From the NCBI GenBank assembly GCA_963774015.1, contig CAVZDH010000011.1, positions 22,588-86,587 on the forward strand: a stretch of DNA of 64,000 nucleotides. Reading direction: 5' to 3'. Within the stretch, counting starts at the first letter, position 1. Each line of letters opens with the position of its first letter. Origin of the DNA: an uncultured delta proteobacterium. Its GTDB lineage: Bacteria > Desulfobacterota > Binatia > UTPRO1. The position numbers were made by a program, and so were the translations under genes. Shown one piece after another: positions 9,055 to 19,095 of this stretch. Below the pieces are notes generated by a model. The model was not told the origin of the DNA. It saw only the letters and a program-made list of their open reading frames with translations, and searched no databases.

Positions 9055-10244
9055 TCACCCGGGTCTTGACACTCGACGCGATGAAGCAGGTACGCGAGCG
9101 CGCGCTGGTCGGAACCGAGACCCACCCGTTCCGGAACGAAATCGTCGGAGGCGCGCAACACGACTTCGAGACACCCGTCGGCGGCGCTTGGAGGCGCTGG
9201 CATCGTGAGCTCGAACGGTCCCATGCCGATCTCCTGGCGGAGGAGCTCTCGCCCCTCCGCCGCTACGATGAGCGACTGCCGTCGCAGCGGTCCGCAGGCG
9301 GGAAGCTCGCCGGCGACGCACAGCGTCCCGCCGTTCCGTCGCACGAGACAGTGGACCCGTCGCCTCGCCCACCCGTCGGGATACCACGTTTGATTAGCGA
9401 GATAGATCCGCTGGTTGATCAGGACTCGGGCGGTGGCCAAGCGGTCGTCGCCGACGGCCGCGGCCTCAGCGGAGCTGCGCCCGCTCGCGTTTGGGAGAAA
9501 CTCTCGGAGCATCGACTCGATGAGCTCGACGCCGTAGACGAAGGCGCCGGCAGGGATGCGACGGCGACCGTTCCGGCGCAGGATGTCGACGATCTCCCGA
9601 TAACGCCGGAAGCCGCCGGTGGCAGTCTTGGTCGCGCCGTGGATGCGCTGACGTGCCAGAACGGCCGGTACGTACTCAAACGGGGCCAGCTTCGCGAGCC
9701 GAATGACCAGGTCCCAGTCCATGGCGTAGCAGAGGTTTTCCTGCACCCCACCGAGACGCTCGAAGAGATCCCGCCGGAAGAACGCGGCGGGCTGCACGAT
9801 CGGAAAGGAATGGTGGACTAGGTCCCAGAGCCGAAGCGGACACGGCACCGCGACCCGCTGCAGCAAGCCCCCGTACTCGTCGATCAGCTCTCCGTCACCA
9901 AAGTAGAGGCCGGCGTCCGGTCGGCGGGTGGCGGCTTCGACGATCTTCGTAAGTGCACCTGGTTGCAACACATCGTCGGCGTTCACCCACCCCACGAGCT
10001 CGCCGCGGGCGCGGCGGAAGCCGCGATTGATGGCGTTCGACTGGCCGGTGTCGCGCTCGCAGATCCACATGAGCCGGTCGCCAAAAGCGGCCGCTACCGC
10101 GACCGACTCGTCCGTCGATCCGCCGTCCTGGATGATGTACTCGACACGCGGGTAGTCCTGCCCGAGGATGCTTGCGATCGTCTCTTCGAGAAACCGCCCC
10201 TGATTGAGCGACGGCGTCACGATGGTGACGAGCGGATCCGACAT
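9051..10244 (-). CDS. family 2 glycosyltransferase with ~150-aa C-terminal extension
   Basis: VTIVTPSLNQGRFLEETIASILGQDYP…DGGSTD… GT2 N-terminal motifs. Its stop overlaps the fcl start (ATGA). Confidence 0.8.
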   Translation of the reverse strand: MSDPLVTIVTPSLNQGRFLEETIASILGQDYPRVEYIIQDGGSTDESVAVAAAFGDRLMWICERDTGQSNAINRGFRRARGELVGWVNADDVLQPGALTKIVEAATRRPDAGLYFGDGELIDEYGGLLQRVAVPCPLRLWDLVHHSFPIVQPAAFFRRDLFERLGGVQENLCYAMDWDLVIRLAKLAPFEYVPAVLARQRIHGATKTATGGFRRYREIVDILRRNGRRRIPAGAFVYGVELIESMLREFLPNASGRSSAEAAAVGDDRLATARVLINQRIYLANQTWYPDGWARRRVHCLVRRNGGTLCVAGELPACGPLRRQSLIVAAEGRELLRQEIGMGPFELTMPAPPSAADGCLEVVLRASDDFVPERVGLGSDQRALAYLLHRVECQDPGE

Positions 10245-10561
10245 GCCTCGTCGTATACGCGAAAGCATCCGAGCCTGCAGGCGAGCCCGGCGCCGTTCGC
10301 GTGCCGACAAGAGTTAGCACCCTGGCGACGATGGTCGGGTCGCATCCGGGACCCGCCGGGTACGGAGGGCCGGCCAACGGATCCCTTCGGTGACGGCACG
10401 TGCTTGGATACAACCGCGCGTGCCAGCACTGCCGTTGCGTGAAACCGGCTTCGCGTGAACCCGCTGATTAAGGACTTATATACTTCACGGACCTTGCGTC
10501 CGTCAACCCCTGAAAGGTAAAGGAGATGCAACCACTACCGATTAGGGGGATCCTGATGTCC

Positions 10562-11961
10562 ACGAACGACCGGCAATTGCTCGACCAGATCGTGGAGAGG
10601 GATCGAAGCTCGCCCCAGACTGGACGCCCCAGGAGCACTTCGAGCTATTTGCGGCGCGCCAAGTGCTCCGGAATCTGCCCCTCGATAACGAGGAGATGGA
10701 GTCTGGCCACGTGGGAGATTCGACGGATTACAAGGGCCGTGGTAGGGATGGGGTATCGATGCCTTCTACGGTGTTGTGAGACGGCAAGTGTAGGAACCCA
10801 GCGAGGCAAAGACCTTAAACTGTTAAAGCAGGATATCACTCTGGATCAGTCTGGCAAGTCTCGACAGATGGAGTCGTTCGCCTTCCTCGCGGGATTTGCC
10901 TGGGTGGTACCGTGGATGAAATGTTAGAACTATCGTGCCGCAAATTCACCGAGAAATACAACGAAGCCCTTCTCAACGGGATCGATATATTCAGGACCGC
11001 CCATAAAGTACTTCTTCTCAGGGGGTTTACATTCAACGTCTCCTACTACTACGCGAGCAAGGGCGATGCACCTGCTCCCGACAATCTTGTCAGGACGAAG
11101 GCCGTAGAACTTGAGGCAACCACTCGCGGTCTCCTAAAGACAGTTACCAAATGTACGTTCGAGGTAGTCGGGGACGGTGGGCTGGTAACGCTGCGACTAA
11201 GCCCCCCAAATCTCGCTATGTCGTCCAATGTAATATCTCTCGCATGACGCCAAAGGATGGAGGCTTGATAGCGTTGATTAGGCTGAAGGACTATCTCACC
11301 TTTATCACCAATCCCGAGACCTCAGACTTGCTCGATCATCTATTTGACTCCAACGTGCGTGACTATCAGGGCGACGTCGAGGTTAACCGCGAAATCAGGG
11401 AGAGCTTGGAAAATCCCGGCAAAGAAGAGTTTTGGTGGCTAAACAATGGTATTACCGTCGTAGCGTAGCAGGCAGATTTCGCCGACGACCTCACGAGGAC
11501 ACAATTATTACTGGCTTCCAGAGTCCATTGAGATGCACGATAGTCAGCGAATGCTCAGTCACCCACACGCCGAGGAGAAAGTCCTTGTGCGAATTATTAA
11601 GTCGCAAGACGAAGATACTCAGGACAGAGTTATTAAAGCGACCAATAGTCAAACTGGCATCACACCGGCTTCGATACGCGCCACGGATCCAGTTCAGCGC
11701 AAAATAGAAATTCACTTTAAGAGCGCCGGGCTGTGCTCTGATCGTCGAAAGAATTACTGGCGTAATAGGAGCACCCCGCGCGCGAAGATATTGGAATCCC
11801 GAATCCCAAGTGCCGGCCGCAACCGATCGAAGAGTTACGCTCGCGGTACCCACACGGCATTGCCGTCGTCGGATGCATACGCTGCTGGCGACCGTCGCGC
11901 TTCTGATGGTCGCCTCGCGTGCCGGAGCCCCGTCCTGTGCGACGACCCCGACAACCTCTAA
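10562..11961 (+). pseudogene. degraded abortive-infection-like gene (tentatively AIPR-family-like), broken over at least 4 frames
   Basis: Successive overlapping ORF pieces in different + frames (10526-10927, 10912-11247, 11151-11468, 11432-11707, 11533-11961) read as one protein when spliced (…EFWWLNNGITVVA…, …VLVRIIKSQDEDTQDRVIKATNSQTGITP…). Local GC is about 50% against 70% flanks. Family assignment is from memory of the AIPR motif and is tentative. Confidence 0.35.
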
Positions 11962-12114
11962 TCGCACGCAAGGGCAATCGTGCGTCATCGCTGAGACGCT
12001 TTCACGGTCGCGACTCCCTAGTGTGTCGTTTCGTGTCTTCGTGTATGCGGCATCGAGACCGCGGGGATCGGGCGTGGTTACCGGAAGGCCATCCCCGACC
12101 GAGACGCTTGCCTG

Positions 12115-12920
12115 TCAGTTGCTTATAGGTAAGGCGTCGGCCCGGAGACATTGGTGCATGATTTCAACGGAAACGACCGCGGTCGCCATCCTGCGTGCTT
12201 TGCGCTCGTTGAAGCGGAACGCCTGCTCATCGAGGTAGCGGAACAGATGAAAGGGCTCGACGCAGACGTAGGTGCCCTTGAGCGCGCGCTTCAGCAGCGA
12301 CCAGAAGTTCTCCATGCCGTTCGTGTGGACGTTGCCCTCGCACGTACTTCTCGGCGTGGTTGACGAACTTGGTGCACGAGTCCTTCGAGGCCGACATACG
12401 ACGCGAAATCGTCGGTCAAGAGCTCGGAGCCCGGCATCGACGTGCGCGAACCTCGCGTGGAGCGTCGTCCGCTTGCGGTCAGGCATGACTACTTGACGCG
12501 CACCTTCTGCCGGTCTTCGCGGTCGATGCAAGAGCCCATGACCAGCGGCCTTGCCCGATGCCGCCCGTGCCGGTGATCTTCTCGCGCGCGCTTGTGCTTG
12601 TGCATGAAGCGCGCGTGGCCGCCGATGAAGGTTTCGTCGACTTCGACAGGCACCGCCACCGCCCATCTTCTCAAACGTGCCGACTGCATGGCGGGGCGGA
12701 TGCGTGAAGCATGAACCAGCGGTCTTTGAGTGACGACGGTCGGTAACCTCAGAACGGTTGCCGTTCTTGCAGTTGGAAGATCCGTGCGACGGAGCATCAA
12801 GCGGGGCGGGCTATCCTCAAAGATGGGTCCGTTCGACGCTGACCGTCTGGTAGTCCGTGAGGCCTCCTCCAAACGCGTCGACGTCCGCGGCGCCCAGCGG
12901 GCGGCTCCATCAGCGTCCAA
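12115..12920 (-). mobile_element. IS1595-family transposase remnant (frameshifted, no intact ORF, no recognisable IS ends)
   Basis: Fragments …VEVDETFIGGHARFMHKHKRAREDHRHGRHRARPLVMGSCIDREDRQKVRVK (12489-12920) and …NGMENFWSLLKRALKGTYVCVEPFHLFRYLDEQAFRFNERKAR… (12115-12666) match the central and C-terminal conserved blocks of IS1595-type transposases but lie in different frames. Confidence 0.55.
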
Positions 12921-14137
12921 GGGACCATGGTAGACGTGGTCAAACCGGTTCGACGCGCGCGGCCTTGCCGGGACCGGGCGGGTCGGTCACGACCGACGCG
13001 TACGGATGGGAGCGTCTTCAGGGGCATCAATCTCCAAGGCAAAGGCGGAGACGGAGGGACGTTGATCCTGGACGGAGGCATCAATGTCCTCGGCAGAGGG
13101 GGAAGATCGACGTCATGCGGGACGGGATCGAATGTGGCGGGTAGCGATCACAGCGCAGAATTGGCGGGACGCTAACGGCATCACCGCGGACGCGCGGCAA
13201 AGTGCTCGCCCGCGGTCAAGAACCGGAAACGAATCGCTTTCGTACCCATCCGCTCTGGATTCCCATGATCCAATAGCGGAGTTCCCCATTGATGGTCTTG
13301 AATCCGAAAACTGGCCCTCCACTCATTCCGTCGATATCAGAGAGTCTGATCTCGTCATGGTTCGGCAACTCGATTGAGCGGTAGGCTCATCGCCTCGGAG
13401 CCAGGATCCCGGTGGAGTTTCTATCGCGAAACTAAGCACCAAAGTTTTTTATCATCGTGCCATCACCGACCTTGCTCATCCCTCCGTAGGCAATCCGAGC
13501 ATCATATGCAAATCAAATTTAACGGGCCAGGTGGGACCCAGACCTGCTCCGTCATTGGTTCGATCCCGTTCGCAGCCAAATCTGGGCGAAGCTCGATTTC
13601 CGGGGCGCGCTCGCCGGCGGGCTCGTGAGCCTCGACGCGACTTTGATCGGATTCCAGCCGCTGTTCCCGTCCCAGCTCGTCGTTGGCGGAACGACGACCC
13701 CGGGGGAGATCCGCATCAGTCACAGCGGTACGGGCACGGCCCAGGTTCACGGGAAGCTCGACGCGCGCGAGTCGGGTGTCGTCGAAGTGCTCGCTCCGAA
13801 CGGGGATCTGACGGCGAGCGGCAAGTTCTTCGCCGGTCCAGCTGGGTGCATCGGCGTGTCGGCCGGGGGAGTCTTGGATACGAGCGGGCTCGCCAACGAT
13901 GTCCCGCTCGCGACAAGCTGTCCCTGACTAGAGGCTGACCAAAGACTGGCCTGCTACTGCGCGTCGCCCGGTATCCGCGCTCGACGGCGTCGCCGACCCC
14001 TCCGCTGACGGACACCCTCAGTGCGGAGGCGTAGGCTGCCTAAACGGCAGCACATGGCCGAACGTCGGAGCATGCGACGGATGCTGATGGTACGATGACC
14101 CGCTGATTGTTTATTCGCGCGCGCGGACCCGGGGGAT

Positions 14138-15559
14138 TCACACGGACGCGGTCACCCGCGGATCGATCGGGGTGATGCGAGGCGACGCGCGCTCGACGAT
14201 CTCCGCGGCCGCGAGGCAGCGGGCGTCGCGGTAGCGCGCGGCGATCAGCTGCACTGCCTGCGGCAGGCCGTCGGCGACTCCGACCGGCACGACCGCCGCC
14301 GGGAGGCCGAGGAGATTGCCCGCCGCCGTCACGAGCCGCATGCTCCGCATGATCGTCGCCATGCTCTCGCAGGCGAGATCGGCGTCGGGACAAAAGGGCG
14401 GCGCGCACGCGACCGGACCGAGCACCAGGTCGAAGCGATCGAGAAAGACCGCCCACTCGCGCGCGACCCGCGTTCGCCGCGCCAACGCCTCCATGTAGCC
14501 GGCGAGATCGACCTCGGGGAATCCAGCCACCAGGTGCTCGACCACCATGAGCGCGTCGGCGGAGATCAGCGTGCGCGCGAACGGCAGCACCATCGTGCGC
14601 GTCTCGGCGGCAAGCAGCGTCCCCCAGAGCTCGTGCGCCTCGCCGACGGCAGGCGGCTCGACCGCCTCGACGCGGCATCCGGCGTCGGCGAGGAGATCGG
14701 CAGCGCGGCGCACTCCCGCGACGATGGTCGAGTCGCACCCGAGACCGGCCGGGTCGGTCGTGACCGCGATGCGGAGCTCGGAGGGAAGCGCCGGCGGCTC
14801 AGGCGCCGGGCTCACCGACCACGGGTCGCGCGGATCGGCGCCGGCGACCACCGCGAGCGCCAGCGCGAGATCGCCGACCTCGCGCGCCATCGGCCCGTCG
14901 GTGAGAAAGAGCCGGAAAGCGATCGGCACGTCGATCGGCACCGTCGAGTCGTAGTGCGGCACGAGCCCTTGCGTCGGGCGGAGGGCGACCGTCCCGCAAC
15001 ATTGCGAGGGCCAGCGCACCGAGCCGCCGACGTCGTTCCCGATCCCGAGCGGGCTCATGCCAGTCGCGATCGCCGCCGCTTCGCCGCCGCTCGACCCGCC
15101 CGGCGTGCGCTCGGGGTTCCAGGGATTGCGCGTCGCTCCGTGGAGCGCGCTCGCGGTGTGCCAGCGGAGCCCGAGATCGGGCATGTTGGTGCGCGCGAAG
15201 GGAATCGCTCCGGCGGCGCGCAGCCGCTCGACGACCGGGGCGTCGCCCGCCGGTCGATCGGACGCGAACGCCGCCATGCCCGCCGTCGTCGGCGACCCCG
15301 CGACATCGACGTTCACCTTCACGGTGACCGGCACGCCGTGCAGCGGCCCGACCGCGTCGCCGCGCGCGAGCGCCGCGTCCGCAGCCTCGGCGGCGGCGCG
15401 CGCCTCGTCCGCCAGGACCTCGGTGATCGCGTTCACCATGGGGTTCACCGCCGCGACGCGGGCGAGATGCGCGTCGAGCACCTCGCGACTCGACACCTCG
15501 CGCGCCCGAATCGCCGTCGCCAACGCCCGCGCACCGCGCCGCCACAGCTCGTCGCTCAT
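14138..15559 (-). CDS. amidase (amidase-signature family)
   Basis: GGSSGGEAAAIA signature and Ser-cisSer-Lys region (GIGNDVGGSVRWP). Start taken as the second in-frame ATG (MSDELW…); the first ATG is at 15595. Confidence 0.8.
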   Translation of the reverse strand: MSDELWRRGARALATAIRAREVSSREVLDAHLARVAAVNPMVNAITEVLADEARAAAEAADAALARGDAVGPLHGVPVTVKVNVDVAGSPTTAGMAAFASDRPAGDAPVVERLRAAGAIPFARTNMPDLGLRWHTASALHGATRNPWNPERTPGGSSGGEAAAIATGMSPLGIGNDVGGSVRWPSQCCGTVALRPTQGLVPHYDSTVPIDVPIAFRLFLTDGPMAREVGDLALALAVVAGADPRDPWSVSPAPEPPALPSELRIAVTTDPAGLGCDSTIVAGVRRAADLLADAGCRVEAVEPPAVGEAHELWGTLLAAETRTMVLPFARTLISADALMVVEHLVAGFPEVDLAGYMEALARRTRVAREWAVFLDRFDLVLGPVACAPPFCPDADLACESMATIMRSMRLVTAAGNLLGLPAAVVPVGVADGLPQAVQLIAARYRDARCLAAAEIVERASPRITPIDPRVTASV

Positions 15560-15791
15560 GGCAGTCTCGCTACTGCCCGCGTCCCCGCCCGTCAATGATC
15601 GTCACGGCCGGACGCCCGGAATGGATCGCGACCGGCGCCGCAGCGCCGCGCGCCCGCGGCACCGAACGGCTGCCAAGCGATTCAGCTCCGAGCTTCCGAC
15701 ATCGAGCGAACGCGCTCCGCAGCGCCGACCGTCGAGAGAGACGGCGCCGCGGCGAACCGACGCCCCTCGGCGGGTCACGGGGGGAGCGCGG

Positions 15792-15926
15792 GCCGCGCGC
15801 ACGAGGTGAGGGCGGCCGACGCGTCCGTCTCGGCCGGGAGCGCGCCGGCAACCCGCAACCGAGCAAATATGGCCCACGCGCGGCAAGGCCGGAGGACCGG
15901 AGGCGCCCTCACCTCGTGCGCGCGGC
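15792..15926. repeat. MITE-like repeat, family A, copy 2 (inverted relative to copy 1)
   Basis: Terminal inverted repeats gcgcgcacgaggtgagggcg / cgccctcacctcgtgcgcgc. The reverse complement aligns with 7701-7834 over ~135 bp at ~85-90% identity. Confidence 0.55.
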
Positions 15927-16095
15927 GTGGCAGAACGTTCGTCGCGTGCACACGCGCCCGAGCGGCGCCGATCGTCGGAACGGCGCGCGCGGCGCCGACG
16001 TCCTTGCCCGTCGCTTCGCGGCGGATGATTTTGACTAACGCCCGGACCGGCGCTAGCCATGGCGCGTCTCGTAGCACTCGCCCTCGAGTCCCGCG

Positions 16096-16461
16096 ATGAA
16101 CCACATCCTCATCGTCGACGACGATCACGACGTTCTCGACGCCCTCGGCACGTTGCTCGAGCTGAGCGGCGTCGCCGTGGACCGCGCGCCCTCCGCGTTT
16201 TCCGCGCTCGGCAAGCTCGAGACCGGCCCACCGCCGTCGCTCATGCTGCTCGACATCCGGATGCCGGGCATGAGCGGTTGGGACCTCTGGCGCTGGATGC
16301 AACGCGACCCCACGACGGCCGGCATCCCCGTCGTGATGATCTCCGGCGAAGGCGTGAACCGAGCCGACGCGATCGCTCGCGGCGTGATCGACGTGCTCGT
16401 GAAGCCGATCGACGTCGAGCGCGTGATGGATCTCGTGCGGCGCTACTGCACCGGGCAGTAG
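16096..16461 (+). CDS. single-domain response regulator (CheY-like receiver)
   Basis: ILIVDDDHDVLD…LMLLDIRMPGMSG…VVMISGEG…LVKP: acidic pocket, phospho-Asp, Ser/Thr and Lys all present. No output domain. Confidence 0.85.
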   Translation: MNHILIVDDDHDVLDALGTLLELSGVAVDRAPSAFSALGKLETGPPPSLMLLDIRMPGMSGWDLWRWMQRDPTTAGIPVVMISGEGVNRADAIARGVIDVLVKPIDVERVMDLVRRYCTGQ

Positions 16462-16666
16462 CCGGCGCATCGCGCGGCGCGCCCGACGTGCCGTCCGCAC
16501 CGGCTTTGGGCTGGCATGACCCTTCGCGAATCGTCGGGGCGAGCATCTGAACGGCCCGAGTTCCGATTCCAGGATCGTTCCGTTGGCGACGCGCGGACGG
16601 ACAGATGGCCCGCCCGTCCACGGATTGCCCAAGCACAGCGGGCCAAGCGGCCAAACAACAATGCGT

Positions 16667-17461
16667 TCAGCGGGCGCAACGGAAGCCGACGGCGGCGCTC
16701 GAAGAGGACGGCAGGGCGATGCCGTCGATCCAGAGCGGACCGGCTTCAGCACCGCCGAGGCCGGCGGCGAAGCCGCCACCGCGCCGCAGCGCACCGGGGC
16801 CGTTGTTCGCCATCGTGCTCGCTCCGGCAAAGCACTGACGGTCGTCGCTGAATGCACCCCAGCCTACGCACGTCGTCGAAAGCGGCACCCAGTCCGCGAC
16901 CCACTCGACCAGGTTGCCGACCATGTCAAAAGCCCCGTATGACGACACGCAGCCGCCAGTGCCGGTGCTGCTCACCAGACCGCTGTTGACATTGCACGGC
17001 GCTCCTTCCGGTGTCCCGGCCACCGCTTGCTGCCACTCAGCGTTCGAGGGTAGCCGCTTGCCAGCGTTGCCGCACGCCTGCTGCGCTTGGAACCAGGTCA
17101 TGCTCGCGGAGGGCGTCTGACCAGCGACGCTCACAGCATAGATGTCATTGGCACAGTTCTGTCCGCTGTCCGCGCATGGCGCGTAGTCGTCGCTCGCCAC
17201 GCCGAGCTGCGTCGCGCCGCCTTTCGTCAGATCCGCAACCGTCACCTTCCCCTGCCGGATCTTCTTCACCAGACCTTTGTTCGCCCCCGTCGAATCCGAC
17301 ACCCGCCACACGCTCGCTTCGTACGTATCCATGCATACCGTCCCCGCCACCACCGCATCCGGCGCACACTTCGTGAGCGGCTTCGCGCCCTGCGCCCCCG
17401 CCGGGCTCGCCAGCAACACCGACGCTGCCGATACCACCATGACTCCCAATAGTAGCCTCAT
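16667..17461 (-). CDS. secreted FGE-sulfatase (SUMF1) domain protein
   Basis: Signal peptide MRLLLGVMVVSAASVLLASPAGAQG, then …GNLVEWVADW… and …RGGGF… motifs of the formylglycine-generating-enzyme fold. GGGGAGG RBS before ATG 17461. Confidence 0.8.
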   Translation of the reverse strand: MRLLLGVMVVSAASVLLASPAGAQGAKPLTKCAPDAVVAGTVCMDTYEASVWRVSDSTGANKGLVKKIRQGKVTVADLTKGGATQLGVASDDYAPCADSGQNCANDIYAVSVAGQTPSASMTWFQAQQACGNAGKRLPSNAEWQQAVAGTPEGAPCNVNSGLVSSTGTGGCVSSYGAFDMVGNLVEWVADWVPLSTTCVGWGAFSDDRQCFAGASTMANNGPGALRRGGGFAAGLGGAEAGPLWIDGIALPSSSSAAVGFRCAR

Positions 17462-17601
17462 GATCTGCCTCCCCACACGACACATGGCCCCGTACCACGA
17501 ATCCCCCTCGGTGAGAGAGGGAAATCGCATTGACGGTCGGACGGCGCCGGGAGCACAATTCCGCCCCTCACGCCGACCCCACCACGAAGGAGACGGAGCC
17601 C

Positions 17602-18348
17602 ATGGCGACCCTCACCCGTCCAATGGCCACACTCGCCGTTGCGGTCCTGCTGCTCGCCGCCAGTACCGCCGACGCGGTCCTCTCGACGGGCGCGTGCCTG
17701 GTGCAGAAGCGGAAGGCGTGGATCACGTTCCGCAAGTGCCAAGCCGCGGAGCAGGTGAAACAGATCAAGGGGAAGCCCGCTGATCTCGCAAAATGCGACC
17801 CGGTGCTTCAGGCGATGCTGGCGAAGATCACCGTCAAGGCTCTGAAGGCCGCCATCGCGTGCCGGTACCGCGACAACGGCGACGGGACGATCACTGACTA
17901 CGACACCGCAATTCAGTGGGAGCGGAAGACGGGAGGCCTCCCCAGCGAGATCCTGCCACTCGGCTTTTGTATCGTCGACGATGTGCATTGCGTGAACTCC
18001 ACGTACACCTGGGTCGACGCCAACGACTTCATCAGCAGGCTCAACGGCACGACCTCGGATGCTTCGACGCTGGCCGCCCCCTTCGCGGGTCATTCCGACT
18101 GGCGACTGCCGTCGATCGTGGAGCTGAAAGGCATCAAAGATCCGAGCGCGCCCGACTGCGGAGCGGGACCACCGTGCGTCATCGCGTCGATCTCCGGACC
18201 GACGAAGCCGGGATATTACTGGTCGTCCAGTGTCCTTCCGAGCGGCGGCACGAATGCGTGGGACTTGGATTTTGGGCGGAGCGGGGGGCTGGACTACGAG
18301 AACAAGGCGACACCCAACTACGTTCGCGCGGCGCGCTTCGCGCTGTGA
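17602..18348 (+). CDS. secreted DUF1566 (Lcl C-terminal domain) protein
   Basis: Signal peptide MATLTRPMATLAVAVLLLAASTADA. C-terminal …DWRLPSIVELKGI…YWSSS…AWDLDFGRSGGLDYENKATPNYVRAARF typical of DUF1566. AAGGAGA RBS. Confidence 0.7.
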   Translation: MATLTRPMATLAVAVLLLAASTADAVLSTGACLVQKRKAWITFRKCQAAEQVKQIKGKPADLAKCDPVLQAMLAKITVKALKAAIACRYRDNGDGTITDYDTAIQWERKTGGLPSEILPLGFCIVDDVHCVNSTYTWVDANDFISRLNGTTSDASTLAAPFAGHSDWRLPSIVELKGIKDPSAPDCGAGPPCVIASISGPTKPGYYWSSSVLPSGGTNAWDLDFGRSGGLDYENKATPNYVRAARFAL

Positions 18349-18531
18349 TCGATCATTCGATCAGTGGCGTAGTGCCGAAGAGGCTCCCGAATCAGAACGG
18401 GCGCGAGGGGCCCGAAAGCACTTGGTTCTGAGCCGGCCGATCCTGCCGACTGCCTGCTGCCCCGGGTGGTCTCGACGTATTACGTTGACCGGCCCAAGGC
18501 GAGATGGGAGGGTCCGCACGGAGGACGCCCC

Positions 18532-18840
18532 ATGACCCGACTGATCGTTGCGCTCACCATGCTCTTCACGCCGGCGGTGGCATTTGCGACCCCTGCGCCG
18601 CCGCTGGAGATCTTCTACGATGACGAGGTGCCGACGTGGCGTATGAGCACCGCGCCCTTCGATACCATTCTCCCGATGAGCAAGAAGGTGGCCGATGCAC
18701 TGGAGTCTCTCGACCACTCCGGGCATCTCGTCGCCTATACGTGCAAGGGGACGGCGTTCCACATGTTCAACAATCGAGACGGCACTGGGCATACGGGCAT
18801 CTCGACACTCAAGCCCAAGACCTGCGTCCGGTCCAACTAG
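18532..18840 (+). CDS. small secreted hypothetical protein
   Basis: MTRLIVALTMLFTPAVAFA signal peptide, GGAGGA RBS, 102 aa, no recognised family. Confidence 0.45.
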   Translation: MTRLIVALTMLFTPAVAFATPAPPLEIFYDDEVPTWRMSTAPFDTILPMSKKVADALESLDHSGHLVAYTCKGTAFHMFNNRDGTGHTGISTLKPKTCVRSN

Positions 18841-19095
18841 CGGGCGCGTTCCGACGGTACTGAAGCGTTACAGGCACCATGAACGGAGGTGCCGGCGGAT
18901 TCTGTGCCTCTACGATCAAGCGCGCGTCCGCGGGAATTTTCCCGCGGCGACGCCCCGCACCGTCACGAAAGTAGCGCCGTGGCCGCGCTTCGGTACCGCG
19001 CCGGAGGAGCTTCGCAGCGACACGACGAGCGGCGCCGACGGCACGGAAGGTGCTCGCTGCCGCACGACCGCCAACGCCTTTCCCAGGAGCCTGTC

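Noticed and set aside
13625-13927. 100-aa ORF (GTG start) at the right edge of the low-GC island
   Set aside because: No RBS, no recognisable motif, and a composition consistent with a chance frame. Retained only as unknown.
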